A stretch of DNA of 64,000 nt from a virus (IMGVR_UViG_3300029319_000003:64001-128000); one strand, 5' to 3'; shown: positions 8,815-17,988, counted from the first letter of the stretch. Notes: generated from the sequence alone by a model not told the origin. Translations and numbers: made by a program.

Positions 8815-10722
8815 TTAGCCCTCAAGGTCACGGACCACGACCAGACCGTAAAGGTCAGGGCGCACCATCTTCTTCCCGTAACGGGTCATCACGCCCTTGC
8901 GGGGAGTGAAGTCGTCAGCGTTGAAGATAGTTGGAGTGACTTGCAGGGGCACATAAGGCGCGTAAACATAGCCGCTTTCCAAGAAAGAACTACCCTTACG
9001 ACCAACAAGAATCACATTTCGGGGGAAATATGGATCGACGTAAACGTCCCACTTCTTGTTGATTGAGCCAGACTGCTGTGCTCCAACAGTTCCTCGGTCG
9101 TCATCAGCGGTGATGCTTGCGCGGAAACCACTGGTGAACTCAAGGATGTTGGCAACCTCTGGTGAACACACCAAGAAGTTAGCCCCACCGCGAAGAGTCT
9201 TGCGGTGAATGTCGGCAGACACGTCGTTGATTGTCTCAACAAGAGTCTCGTACCACTCACTCACAGTACCCGTGAAGTCGGGGGGAGCAGTTGCAGAAGT
9301 AATATCTGCACCAGTCGAACGGTTCACGAAAAGACCGGGACGACGTGACCAGTAAAGTGTACCAGCAGTGGCACCCATCACCAAGTCGCGAAGGATTTCC
9401 TGATCAATCTCAAGACCGATCTGCTCGGACAGAATTGAAGTCAATTCCACCTCGGCATCAAGGTTGTGGTAGGCGTTAAGATCCTGACCCAACTCTGGGC
9501 TCCAAGAAGCCTTCAACTTCCGAGTGCGAGCGGTAATTGCGAGGGAGTCAACACGGATGTTGATTTCGCGCATAGCGTTCGAATCGGGACGGAACTGACC
9601 GCTGCCATTTCTGGACTCAAGACCCCAAGGGGCAGTACCAGCAAGAGCGCCAAGGCTACTAGAATCAGCAGCAAGACCATCGCTGATGGGGAAACGGATA
9701 GTAATTCCGCTAGTCGCAGACAATGCAGAGATATTATCACCAGCCGCATCGTAAGAGCCATCAAGGGAGCCAGATGAAACAGATACGAACTCAAGATACT
9801 TCGTACCCACAGCATCAACACCAGATGCGGTGTGAACACCTTCACCTTCAACAACGCGAGTCAAACGACGCACAAGAATACCAAACTTAGCGGCGTTCAT
9901 GACGGTTTGTCCATCGTTGCCCATTGAAACTGTCAGGGAAGACAAGTCGTTCTCGGCGCGGAGACTCCAGTCGTTACGAGCATCAAACGGTGCAGAGTCG
10001 GTGGACTGGGAGTCGATGATCTGTGCCGTAGGAATACGGTGAACAAGAGCCTTATAGCCAGCCAGACCAATAAGGTCAGCATCGTGACGGATAGCCTTCT
10101 TCATGAGATCACCAGCAGTAGTGGCTGGGATAGTCGCGAGAGGAACAGCATCAACCAGCAACTTGACTTGGGCTTCGGTAAGACCAGCCTCACCCCGAGC
10201 AGCGGAATACCCACTGTTCAAGTTGTAGAAGCCCTTATCGGCTTGATCAAGGTTGACGGTACCGGCAGTGTCAATGCCACTAAGGCGAACACCAGAAGTG
10301 ATTCCGCGAGCAACGCGATCACCATAAAGGGACCGATTATCGTCAGCCTCAATCACCTTATCTCCACTCGCCTCATCAAGATCATCTGCATGCTTGAAGT
10401 CGAGGAAGAAGATCAGTCCAGAAGGCAGGCTCATGGGCTGAACGCTAACAAGTTCATTAGCGATTAGTCCACCGAATACACGGCGAACGATTGGGAATGC
10501 AACAGCAGCAAAGCCTGAGACTTCACCGGACTGCATTGAGTTATACTCCCGCAGGAGTTCTTTGGCTTGGTTCTCTAGCAAGAGAGCCATTCCATTCTTG
10601 GCATTTTCTGCGTCAAGACCTTCCAGAAGTCCGGTTGCTTCCCACTTGTTAATGAGAGCCTGACCTTCCTTCGCAAGATCGCGAGACACGATGCCTTCAG
10701 TTAGTTTATCTAATACTGACAT
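8815..10722 (-). CDS. gp23: Major capsid protein (T4 gp23-like)
   Basis: FPIVRRVF..LIANELVSVQPM..PSGLIF, ARTRKLKASWSPELGQDLNAYHNLDAEVELTSILS..I..EIDQEIL, SGYVYAPYVPLQ and FTPRKGVMTRYG. Confidence 0.98.
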   Translation of the reverse strand: MSVLDKLTEGIVSRDLAKEGQALINKWEATGLLEGLDAENAKNGMALLLENQAKELLREYNSMQSGEVSGFAAVAFPIVRRVFGGLIANELVSVQPMSLPSGLIFFLDFKHADDLDEASGDKVIEADDNRSLYGDRVARGITSGVRLSGIDTAGTVNLDQADKGFYNLNSGYSAARGEAGLTEAQVKLLVDAVPLATIPATTAGDLMKKAIRHDADLIGLAGYKALVHRIPTAQIIDSQSTDSAPFDARNDWSLRAENDLSSLTVSMGNDGQTVMNAAKFGILVRRLTRVVEGEGVHTASGVDAVGTKYLEFVSVSSGSLDGSYDAAGDNISALSATSGITIRFPISDGLAADSSSLGALAGTAPWGLESRNGSGQFRPDSNAMREINIRVDSLAITARTRKLKASWSPELGQDLNAYHNLDAEVELTSILSEQIGLEIDQEILRDLVMGATAGTLYWSRRPGLFVNRSTGADITSATAPPDFTGTVSEWYETLVETINDVSADIHRKTLRGGANFLVCSPEVANILEFTSGFRASITADDDRGTVGAQQSGSINKKWDVYVDPYFPRNVILVGRKGSSFLESGYVYAPYVPLQVTPTIFNADDFTPRKGVMTRYGKKMVRPDLYGLVVVRDLEG

Positions 10723-10756
10723 TTTTTCGTTTCTCCTTTTTATTTAACGAATTAAG

Positions 10757-11821
10757 TTATTTCTTTTTTGTGATACCAGCCAACCGTTGCATACGCTCAA
10801 GTGCTGGATCGTGTCTTGTTGATTCGGTCACAACTTTACGTCGAGACATAAAAGGAACCGAAGACCTATTCCGATTTGCCGCTTCGCTCAGTGTATTTTT
10901 ACCTACAGTGTTACCACTGTTGCTAGCCACTGTGCTTCGAAGGGTTTCGAAAATTGTTTTCGCCTCTTCTACTGAACCAACTTTTGAAATAGCCTCGACA
11001 ATCTTCTTTTTCTGTCGCTCATTCAAGGAGTCACTATTTAATACCCTGTTGGTATACAGGAGTTTCGCATTAGAAAGGTTAACTTTCAACATGCGTTGCC
11101 CCATATCATCAATTGTAGCCGTCAGATCTTTGTTTTCTTGAACGAGCGTTGCACGGTCATTCGCCAACGCATTTACCTTCTCTTCAAGATCCTTAATACG
11201 ACTCATGAAATCTTTTCTTTCTTGTGCCCTTTTGTCGTCGCGTGCGGAAGCCATTGCTTGTGCTAATTGCTCCTCGTCATCTGCGACATTCGAAGTGGAA
11301 TAGCCATCGGGCACCGGCTCAACATCCACTGCTAATTCTTCTCTAATTGCATCGAGGAGCGCAGAAATGTCTGCTTCTTCCAATTCGATTTCCAATTCTG
11401 TATTTCCATCTTCTTGAAGGAGGTCACCGAGGTCTTCTTCCTCTTCTCCACCAAGTTCATCACCCATTTCATCACCGCCAAGACCTAAGTCGTCTTCGCC
11501 GCCTTCCATGTCACCGAGGGCATCTTCTTCGCCGGCTTCTTCAGCCGCATCCATTGCCACTCGCAGTTCTTCGAAATCGAGCGTTACTGGCTCCATGTCT
11601 TCTGGACAAGGACAAAGTTTTGCTCCGTCTCCATGTGCAGGGGGAACTGCGTCGAGTCCGCTCGGAACGCCCATTCCCATTTCTGGCTGCTCCAACATGA
11701 GCCCCACGGCATCTTTAATATCAGCGGAATACCGCTCGATAAGTGCCTGTTCAGCATTCTTAATTGCTGCTGACTTCAATGCTGTCGCATCGATAATTGC
11801 TTGTTCTAACATACTTGACAT
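10757..11821 (-). CDS. Prohead core scaffold protein (gp22-like)
   Basis: Acidic coiled-coil protein immediately upstream of the capsid gene; MLEQAIIDA..LK..A..NAE and C-terminal MQRLAGI. Confidence 0.75.
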   Translation of the reverse strand: MSSMLEQAIIDATALKSAAIKNAEQALIERYSADIKDAVGLMLEQPEMGMGVPSGLDAVPPAHGDGAKLCPCPEDMEPVTLDFEELRVAMDAAEEAGEEDALGDMEGGEDDLGLGGDEMGDELGGEEEEDLGDLLQEDGNTELEIELEEADISALLDAIREELAVDVEPVPDGYSTSNVADDEEQLAQAMASARDDKRAQERKDFMSRIKDLEEKVNALANDRATLVQENKDLTATIDDMGQRMLKVNLSNAKLLYTNRVLNSDSLNERQKKKIVEAISKVGSVEEAKTIFETLRSTVASNSGNTVGKNTLSEAANRNRSSVPFMSRRKVVTESTRHDPALERMQRLAGITKKK

Positions 11822-11867
11822 TTATTCTCCTGCCTCATAAACCCGGTTGATGTATACAGTCTCACCA

Positions 11868-11875
11868 TAAATAGT
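11868..11875 (-). promoter_or_regulatory. Putative late promoter motif ACTATTTA (scaffold-capsid operon)
   Basis: Exact motif 47 nt upstream of ATG 11821. Confidence 0.6.
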
Positions 11876-11923
11876 GCTCTTAAGTTCAAAATTCCCTTGC
11901 ATAATTAAATTAGTGACCTAGTA

Positions 11924-12361
11924 TTAAAGTGCTGTGTCAGCAATGCCCCTATATGCGGCAATTTTACTTGAAAAATCGTCCTGAATGGGGGTTAATCCTG
12001 CGATGATCTCCACGCTAACGCCGGTGTTGCTTGCCAATAAAAATAAAGATGATACGCGCACCTCAAGATGAATGTAATCTGCCTGATTTGCTGGCAGTGT
12101 AATCCACGGCTGTTTTTGTGGACTTGTTCCAGTTGAATTCACTCCAGCAGAACTAAACCCTAATTTAACTGTGTGGCTACCGTGCAAATTTTTTACTTTA
12201 ATCCAACGGGTAACATTGTGGTTTGTCCCATCGGGCTTAAAGTCAACTTGGGTGCCGGGTGCTGAGTTTGTAACTGCAATAGTTTGAAGCCACGGAACGC
12301 CGCTGATCTGATATGAGCCGACAGAGCCAACTCCAACTTTATACTGATTTCCAAGAGCCAT
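11924..12361 (-). CDS. Small beta-rich virion protein, paralog B
   Basis: 145 aa; near-duplicate of 12379-12813 (MALGN.Y.VGVGSVGSYQISG.PW; QPWITLP; HLEVRVSS; VEIIAGLTPIQ). Confidence 0.8.
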   Translation of the reverse strand: MALGNQYKVGVGSVGSYQISGVPWLQTIAVTNSAPGTQVDFKPDGTNHNVTRWIKVKNLHGSHTVKLGFSSAGVNSTGTSPQKQPWITLPANQADYIHLEVRVSSLFLLASNTGVSVEIIAGLTPIQDDFSSKIAAYRGIADTAL

Positions 12362-12378
12362 TTATATTTCTCCAACCT

Positions 12379-12813
12379 TTATGATGTAACTGAGCCTGTG
12401 CCGACGCCACGATACAAACTGATATTTTCTGTGAAGTCGTTTTGAATTGGGGTCAAGCCTGCGATAATTTCGACGTTTGGGGTGCCTGAAGCCGCCTGAA
12501 GATATATCGAGGACACGCGAACTTCAAGGTGAAGCCACTCGGTCATGCTGTGGGGGAGCGTAATCCACGGTTGCTCGCCGGCAGTTGAACCGGTGATTCC
12601 ATTAGCGTGCAGTCCAAGTTTTACTGTTTCTCCCGACCCGCCAGTGTTTCTCAATTTGATAAACCTTGTAACATAGGGATTTGTACCATCGGGTGCAAAA
12701 GTCACTTCCTTTATACTGGTGTCTGTCTCAAATGTCTGCACCCAAGGGATGCCACTAATTTGATATGAGCCGACAGAGCCGACCCCAACTTGATACCTAT
12801 TGCCGAGAGCCAT
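12379..12813 (-). CDS. Small beta-rich virion protein, paralog A
   Basis: 144 aa with an SD; tandem paralog of 11924-12361. Confidence 0.8.
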   Translation of the reverse strand: MALGNRYQVGVGSVGSYQISGIPWVQTFETDTSIKEVTFAPDGTNPYVTRFIKLRNTGGSGETVKLGLHANGITGSTAGEQPWITLPHSMTEWLHLEVRVSSIYLQAASGTPNVEIIAGLTPIQNDFTENISLYRGVGTGSVTS

Positions 12814-12851
12814 CTATATTATCCCCTTTTAGCGCGTAAATCGAACATCAT

Positions 12852-12859
12852 TAAATAGT
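12852..12859 (-). promoter_or_regulatory. Putative late promoter motif ACTATTTA
   Basis: Exact motif just after a terminator and 39 nt upstream of ATG 12813. Confidence 0.6.
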
Positions 12860-12894
12860 GATAATATTTTAAATTGACTGTTTCTGTCCTCAAT

Positions 12895-12932
12895 AAATAA
12901 AAAAGCACCGGGTAAGTTTCCCTACCCGGTGC
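12895..12932 (-). terminator. Rho-independent terminator after the 702 aa fibre gene
   Basis: 10-bp stem gcaccgggta (12905-12914) / tacccggtgc (12923-12932), followed by TTTTTTATTT on the minus strand. Confidence 0.85.
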
Positions 12933-12972
12933 AAGTTTTGTTTTTAGTCTATTGTTCTATCAATCAACAATA

Positions 12973-15081
12973 CTAGGCTACTGCGATAGCAATGTACTGA
13001 TAGCGTCGGTCGCCCGCCGGTGCGTTAGACAGATCAACAGAGACAGAGTTGTCATTCGAAATCGTGATCGGAACATCAACGATTTGACCTTGGTCATCAA
13101 CAACCTGCTGAATCAGGATCTGGCTGCCCAGACTGTGAGTAACAGTCTGAGGATTCGATCCACTGCCTGCCTGCAAGCCGGCACCGCCTGATGATGGAGC
13201 AGCAGAGGAAAAGCCATCAGCAGAAACTGACAGTCCCTGAGCAACACCAGCAGCGGTGATTGACCAAGTTCCGTTACCCAACTTACCGTCGGAATCCAAC
13301 GCTAAGTACTTAGATGGGGCTTCTCCGTCGTCTCCGTCGTTAACCTTAACCATCCATCGCGTCTTTTGATCGTCGTTGGTGCCGTCGTGTTCGAACAACA
13401 TGAACCCACCATTGTAGTAGGAGCCACCTGAAACGCGGGCACGGTAGTTGATGTGGAAAGGCTTATCACCCTGACCATTGGAGTTGTGATCTGATTGCAA
13501 GACAAGACCTTGCTGACCGTCTCCCTTTGCAGTACCGGGGGCGAAAAAGACTCCACCACCAAATTTTGCTGCCCAAGCGGCGTTGGTACCAAAAGTGACG
13601 TTAGAGCCAGCCAGAGGCTTGGCAACATCAAGAGTCACAACATCACTATGCGTAACACTGGCGTTAGAAGCAGCCAGAGTTGGGGCTTCCAGTTTGTGGA
13701 ATGCAACCCTTGCGGTGGCAGTAGCGTTCGCGCTTGTACCCGCATCTGTGAGAGTCGCTGAATCAACGTGGAACAAAACACCGTTAGTACCAGCAAGTTC
13801 ATCGGCTTCCATGTTTCTGTTGTTGGGGTCGATTGACACCAGTTGAGTAGTAATCATAGGAACCTCAAGCATGTTCTCGGAAGCGTCATAAGCGAAGCCG
13901 GATTCTGCCGACAGAACCCCATCGGTGCCAGTGTAGACGATCAATCCAGCACTCAACGAATCAGCAGTAAGTGTTTGAGCACGCACGTCGAAGCCACCAA
14001 AGTCCACGTCGGCGTCCATGCCGCCGATACCACTTTTCACGATGGCAAGATCTTGACCAGCCGAAGTGGTAAGAGTACCACCGGATACGTTCAGCGTCTT
14101 ACCAGTGCCAACAGTAACGTCGGATGTTGCGATGGTTGCACCGTCGATGGTTCCACCGTCAATGTCAGCAGTTGTTGCAACCAAAGATGCGGCAGTTGTA
14201 ACACCAGCGGCTGAAACCGTCAATTTATCTGTACCGTCTTGCAACTCCACGCCAAAAATATCAGCACTCTGAGATGCATGAGCAACGACTTTCAACTGAA
14301 TTTCGCCAGCAGCATCACCAGTGATGACGGCATTTGCATTAACAGCAAGAGAGTCGTTTGCTGTCAAAGCCGTGAACGTACCAGCAGCAGGAGTTGTTGC
14401 ACCAACGACACCATTCGCACCGGAGTCATCGAGTTGGAAGACTTGCGCCTCATCAACTTTGAATGTCATCTTACCCATGTGGGCGGTGTTGGATGCGGTC
14501 TTTGATTGAAAAACAACTTCGCTCAATTCTTTGCTGCCGTCCGCGTTGAGTGCTCGGACTTCAAGTGCCTCATTAGCACCGGTTCCAAGTTTCAACGTAG
14601 CATCGGCATTGTTTTGATCATCCAAAATCGAAACATCGCCAGTGAAAGCACCCGAGGAAGCAGCCAAGGCAGCGAATGTACCATCAACAGCAGAATTGGC
14701 ACCAATAACAGCGCCGTCAATTGAACCACCGTTAATGTCGGTAGTTGTCAAAACTGAACTGCCAATTGTCATGACACCAGTGCTGTCAGCGATTGTCGCT
14801 GAAGCGGTGCCGTCGTTCGCTTTCAAAGCAGCGGCTTGGACGTTTGTTGATGTAAGAGTGGTGATTGTGGTTGAGGCAATCGTTCCACCTTGAATTTTAT
14901 CACCAGAAATCTGGTCATTGGCAAGCGTCAATGTGCCATCGGACACATTAAGAGTCTTGCCGGTTCCAACAGTAATGTCGGATGTTGCGATGGTTGCACC
15001 ATCAATATTACCCCCGTCAATATCAGGGGCGTCAATGTTCGCGCTCAATAGTTGAGCGTCTACAATAATTCTTTCAGCCAT
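12973..15081 (-). CDS. Fibre-like structural protein with internal repeats
   Basis: 702 aa, rich in Ala/Gly/Thr/Asp, with repeated DIDGGxIDG-A units and a C-terminal VTHSLG domain; SD GGAGGG. Confidence 0.7.
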   Translation of the reverse strand: MAERIIVDAQLLSANIDAPDIDGGNIDGATIATSDITVGTGKTLNVSDGTLTLANDQISGDKIQGGTIASTTITTLTSTNVQAAALKANDGTASATIADSTGVMTIGSSVLTTTDINGGSIDGAVIGANSAVDGTFAALAASSGAFTGDVSILDDQNNADATLKLGTGANEALEVRALNADGSKELSEVVFQSKTASNTAHMGKMTFKVDEAQVFQLDDSGANGVVGATTPAAGTFTALTANDSLAVNANAVITGDAAGEIQLKVVAHASQSADIFGVELQDGTDKLTVSAAGVTTAASLVATTADIDGGTIDGATIATSDVTVGTGKTLNVSGGTLTTSAGQDLAIVKSGIGGMDADVDFGGFDVRAQTLTADSLSAGLIVYTGTDGVLSAESGFAYDASENMLEVPMITTQLVSIDPNNRNMEADELAGTNGVLFHVDSATLTDAGTSANATATARVAFHKLEAPTLAASNASVTHSDVVTLDVAKPLAGSNVTFGTNAAWAAKFGGGVFFAPGTAKGDGQQGLVLQSDHNSNGQGDKPFHINYRARVSGGSYYNGGFMLFEHDGTNDDQKTRWMVKVNDGDDGEAPSKYLALDSDGKLGNGTWSITAAGVAQGLSVSADGFSSAAPSSGGAGLQAGSGSNPQTVTHSLGSQILIQQVVDDQGQIVDVPITISNDNSVSVDLSNAPAGDRRYQYIAIAVA
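14071..15024 (-). repeat. Two about 32-codon intragenic direct repeats (14071-14166 and 14928-15024)
   Basis: DIDGGNIDGATIATSDITVGTGKTLNVSDGTLT versus DIDGGTIDGATIATSDVTVGTGKTLNVSGGTLT; the two copies share the exact 23-mer tcggatgttgcgatggttgcacc. Confidence 0.9.
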
Positions 15082-15337
15082 TTTTATTTCCCTCCATAAG
15101 AATAAATGGTAGTGAATACAATCTTGACTCTAAGATGCAATGTAGGTACACCACACCCATGCTTCAAGATGATTCGCCTATAACTACGCAGCACAACTTT
15201 GAAAATATCGAGGGCGCTTAAAAAGTTTTCTGAACCACTGTTTAAATTGAATAGGGCACAAAACCTTGTCAATATTTTTTTGAGCGCCCAAAACTATTAA
15301 AACAAGGATGCTTGGAACAATTTATTGTGTTTACTTG

Positions 15338-16045
15338 TTATACTCTAACCACATTTACAGTATATTGGTCGGTGGTTGGGACGGTAGACACATATACTGT
15401 CATTGCACTGGTTGACGTAAACTCAATTGGCACATCAATAATTGCATAAGGGCTGCTTGTCTCGCGAACAGTGACAACCAAGTCTCGACTCCCAAGATTG
15501 TGGGTTACGGTGAATGTATCTGCCACACCGTCACCTATTGTTGCAGCGTAACTTGTGCCACCGCCGGTGCCGAGGGCTGTCCAAGTGCCAGAACTATTTT
15601 TAAATTCTAAATTCCCACCATTGTCTCGGATACCATAACCAGAAGCACCAGTGGTTGATCCCCAATTGAGATATGAACTGGCATCCATCTGCAACCCGGT
15701 CAAAGAGCCGAGAGAGGTAATATTTGGCTGGGCTGCTGTCGTTAGCGTACCACCGAGAGACGTTGCGGTGATCGCATTAGTGGCAGCGTCTAATGTAATG
15801 GTGCCGCCTTCGCCGGCAAGGGTCAAACTGCCACCAACGAACTCATGCGTATCGTCGTTAGAATCACCAAAGGCGGTGGAGCCAGATTGCTTTACAACAA
15901 TTTTTTCATTGACCACAAATTTATTAGCAGTAATGTTTCCATTTACTGCCAAATCTTCACGAATCAATTTTGAGCCATCAACCTGAGTTTCAATCCCAGA
16001 TGCAATGGCTAACCCTGTGCTTCTTTTGCCTGCTGAATAAGCCAC
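15338..16045 (-). CDS. Short fibre-like structural protein
   Basis: 235 aa, GTG start with SD AGGAG; SGSTAFGDSNDDTHEFVG motif; the C-terminal VTHNLGSRD domain is shared with the 702 aa protein. Confidence 0.7.
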   Translation of the reverse strand: MAYSAGKRSTGLAIASGIETQVDGSKLIREDLAVNGNITANKFVVNEKIVVKQSGSTAFGDSNDDTHEFVGGSLTLAGEGGTITLDAATNAITATSLGGTLTTAAQPNITSLGSLTGLQMDASSYLNWGSTTGASGYGIRDNGGNLEFKNSSGTWTALGTGGGTSYAATIGDGVADTFTVTHNLGSRDLVVTVRETSSPYAIIDVPIEFTSTSAMTVYVSTVPTTDQYTVNVVRV

Positions 16046-16071
16046 TTACAAAATCTCCTGCCGGTTATTCG

Positions 16072-16079
16072 TAAATAGT
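16072..16079 (-). promoter_or_regulatory. Putative late promoter motif ACTATTTA
   Basis: Exact motif 27 nt upstream of GTG 16045. Confidence 0.55.
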
Positions 16080-16083
16080 TGGC

Positions 16084-16545
16084 TTATCCCAATCCGTCAC
16101 CGGACTCGTAAATCACATCTTGTCCGTGACCAGAAAGTTCTGAGATAATACATACTTCAACCGTCTCACCTGACGTTGAGTCGTTTGCGGTATTTACAAT
16201 TGTAATATAAAACCTTCTGTGTGCAACATTAAAACTAATTGAAGAATTGTTTGATCGGAGGGGCACATAATTGCCACCAGCCATTGGGTTGCCATCAGCC
16301 TCGGAAAGAAAATGCACTCGCACTTCTGTGTCTCCCGGCAAAGATAAAGCAACCACTTGTGTGCTGCGTGCTGTCGAGGGGTAGGTAATTACGGGCTGCT
16401 CTTGCCCAGCGGGTGTATTTGAAGCGTTCCAGTCGTTATCGCTGGCACAGGTATATGTTTTCGTCAAGCAATACGGAACACCGGGAACAAGATGACCTCC
16501 AGCGTTTCGATACGATCCTCTGTACATAAATCGTAGATCTGGCAT
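16084..16545 (-). CDS. Hypothetical beta-rich protein, probably a distant relative of the 144/145 aa paralogs
   Basis: 153 aa with an SD; VRVHF....NYVPL....ISFNV..RRFYI...VEVCIISEL parallels VKLGF...WITLP...IHLEVRVSSLFL...VEIIAGL. Confidence 0.6.
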   Translation of the reverse strand: MPDLRFMYRGSYRNAGGHLVPGVPYCLTKTYTCASDNDWNASNTPAGQEQPVITYPSTARSTQVVALSLPGDTEVRVHFLSEADGNPMAGGNYVPLRSNNSSISFNVAHRRFYITIVNTANDSTSGETVEVCIISELSGHGQDVIYESGDGLG

Positions 16546-16546
16546 G

Positions 16547-16810
16547 TCATCTCCCCTTCAAGCGTCTTTGTCTTGCTCTTTCTCTCTTGCGTGCAATACG
16601 GCGTGCATCGCGCTCACGTCGGCGTTGAGCCGCTTCGCGCTTCAGCCTCTTCTTAACGGACGGCTTAACATGACGCCGAGCCGATGCGCTCTTTTCACGA
16701 ATTAGTTTATCTACTTCTTGTTTCTTTACTGTTCTAATGAAGCGCCGAATTAATCTTTCAGAATTCTCATTACGACGCGCCTTAACTTGTACAATTGCTG
16801 CTCTAGCCAC
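16547..16810 (-). CDS. rpsU: Phage-encoded 30S ribosomal protein bS21
   Basis: VQVKARRNENSERLIRRFIRTVKK...RRHVKPSVKKRLKREAAQRR matches the bS21 pattern (V.V...E..E..LRRF.R...K....R..Y.KPS..R). GTG start with SD AGGAG. Confidence 0.85.
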   Translation of the reverse strand: MARAAIVQVKARRNENSERLIRRFIRTVKKQEVDKLIREKSASARRHVKPSVKKRLKREAAQRRRERDARRIARKRERARQRRLKGR

Positions 16811-16821
16811 GGTATCTCCTG

Positions 16822-17391
16822 TTATCCATCTGCCATCCTCTTCCAGATACCTGTGTTGCCCATTAGACCAGAAATATCAATGCCGGCATCGTTTGGATCC
16901 ATGCCCGACAAAGGACCATGACCTCCACTACCGGCATCATTTCCAGCCGCATCTACTGCCCCGCCGCTTGACAGTGGGGCTGTTCCTTCAAAAATATTAA
17001 CACCGTTATAAGCATCTTTGCCGATGCTGTCTAGCATCTTTCTATGCGCTGCCTTGCTTGCTGCGGCTGCTTGCTTTGCTTTCTGCTCTTCCAGCAAACG
17101 CGCATCTGCTTCGGGATCAGACTGCTGTCCTTCATAAAATGTTCCCGGTCCTTGCATTCCAGTCATGCCACGAACCAAGTCAACGCGAGGTGTCCGATCA
17201 ATCTGCTTTGCACCGGGATGAACCAACGGACTCATTCCAACGGCAACCTCTGACACCACTCGCGTCAAAACACCGTTCTCTTCATACAAAACATCTTTAA
17301 TTTGAGTACGAATTGTTTCTACTTCTTCCTGAATACACTCTGCGACAATTGGTTTTAAAAGTTTCTTCAGTTGTTCCTTATTCATAATCAA
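16822..17391 (-). CDS. Hypothetical head-region protein
   Basis: 189 aa, overlapping the protease stop (ATGA-type coupling); begins NKEQLKKLLKPIVAECIQEE. Confidence 0.7.
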   Translation of the reverse strand: MIMNKEQLKKLLKPIVAECIQEEVETIRTQIKDVLYEENGVLTRVVSEVAVGMSPLVHPGAKQIDRTPRVDLVRGMTGMQGPGTFYEGQQSDPEADARLLEEQKAKQAAAASKAAHRKMLDSIGKDAYNGVNIFEGTAPLSSGGAVDAAGNDAGSGGHGPLSGMDPNDAGIDISGLMGNTGIWKRMADG

Positions 17392-17984
17392 TCCACAATA
17401 TCATTAAGAAGCCGGTTAATCCTATCTGCCTTAGAAAAGATTTCCTGCTCCTTATTTTCTTTAATCATATAAGCCCCAGCCGTCGATGGCTCGGACACAA
17501 AATCAAAACAAATTAATTGAAAGTCATCTTCAACAATTGTTTTACCGTTGGCGTCTTCTCTAACAGAGCCCAGACCCCGCGATGAAATACCCAACTTCAC
17601 ACCGGAATCAACAAGTGATCTCAAAATGTTGCCAGAGGGAGTATTAAGAATCTTCACCTTGCCCATAACATTGTCGCCATCCCACCACAGCCCTGTGACC
17701 ATGTGAGAGGCGTTCTTTAAGTTAACAACAGAGTCTTCAGGGTGATCAAGTTCGCCAAGAGCGCGTGCCTCACTAATAATCTTTGCATAGTTTTTAACTT
17801 CGCGTTCAAGCACGGGGCGAGGATAAACTCGACCGTTGCCGTTAACAGCATTGCACCGCTGCATCACTCCGCTCAAATACATCCCGCCGGAGGCGACATG
17901 AGCCTTTTCATCTTCAGTCAGAAGATCTTGGCACTGCCCACCCTCGCACAATTCATAATATTCTCTTAATAATACTTTACTCAT
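17388..17984 (-). CDS. gp21: Prohead core protease (T4 gp21-like)
   Basis: NGNGRVYPR.VLEREV, RALGELDHPE...NL..ASH, GVKLGISSRGLGS and FDFVSEPST..A. Confidence 0.95.
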   Translation of the reverse strand: MSKVLLREYYELCEGGQCQDLLTEDEKAHVASGGMYLSGVMQRCNAVNGNGRVYPRPVLEREVKNYAKIISEARALGELDHPEDSVVNLKNASHMVTGLWWDGDNVMGKVKILNTPSGNILRSLVDSGVKLGISSRGLGSVREDANGKTIVEDDFQLICFDFVSEPSTAGAYMIKENKEQEIFSKADRINRLLNDIVD

Positions 17985-17988
17985 GTCC

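Noticed and set aside
15084-15272. 62 aa minus-strand ORF in the intergenic region
   Set aside because: It has a non-ATG start, no SD and no motif; the region is better explained as regulatory.
15267-15272. Perfect TTGACA as a sigma70 -35 box
   Set aside because: The hexamer at 17-nt spacing is CAATTT, a poor -10, so no promoter is called.
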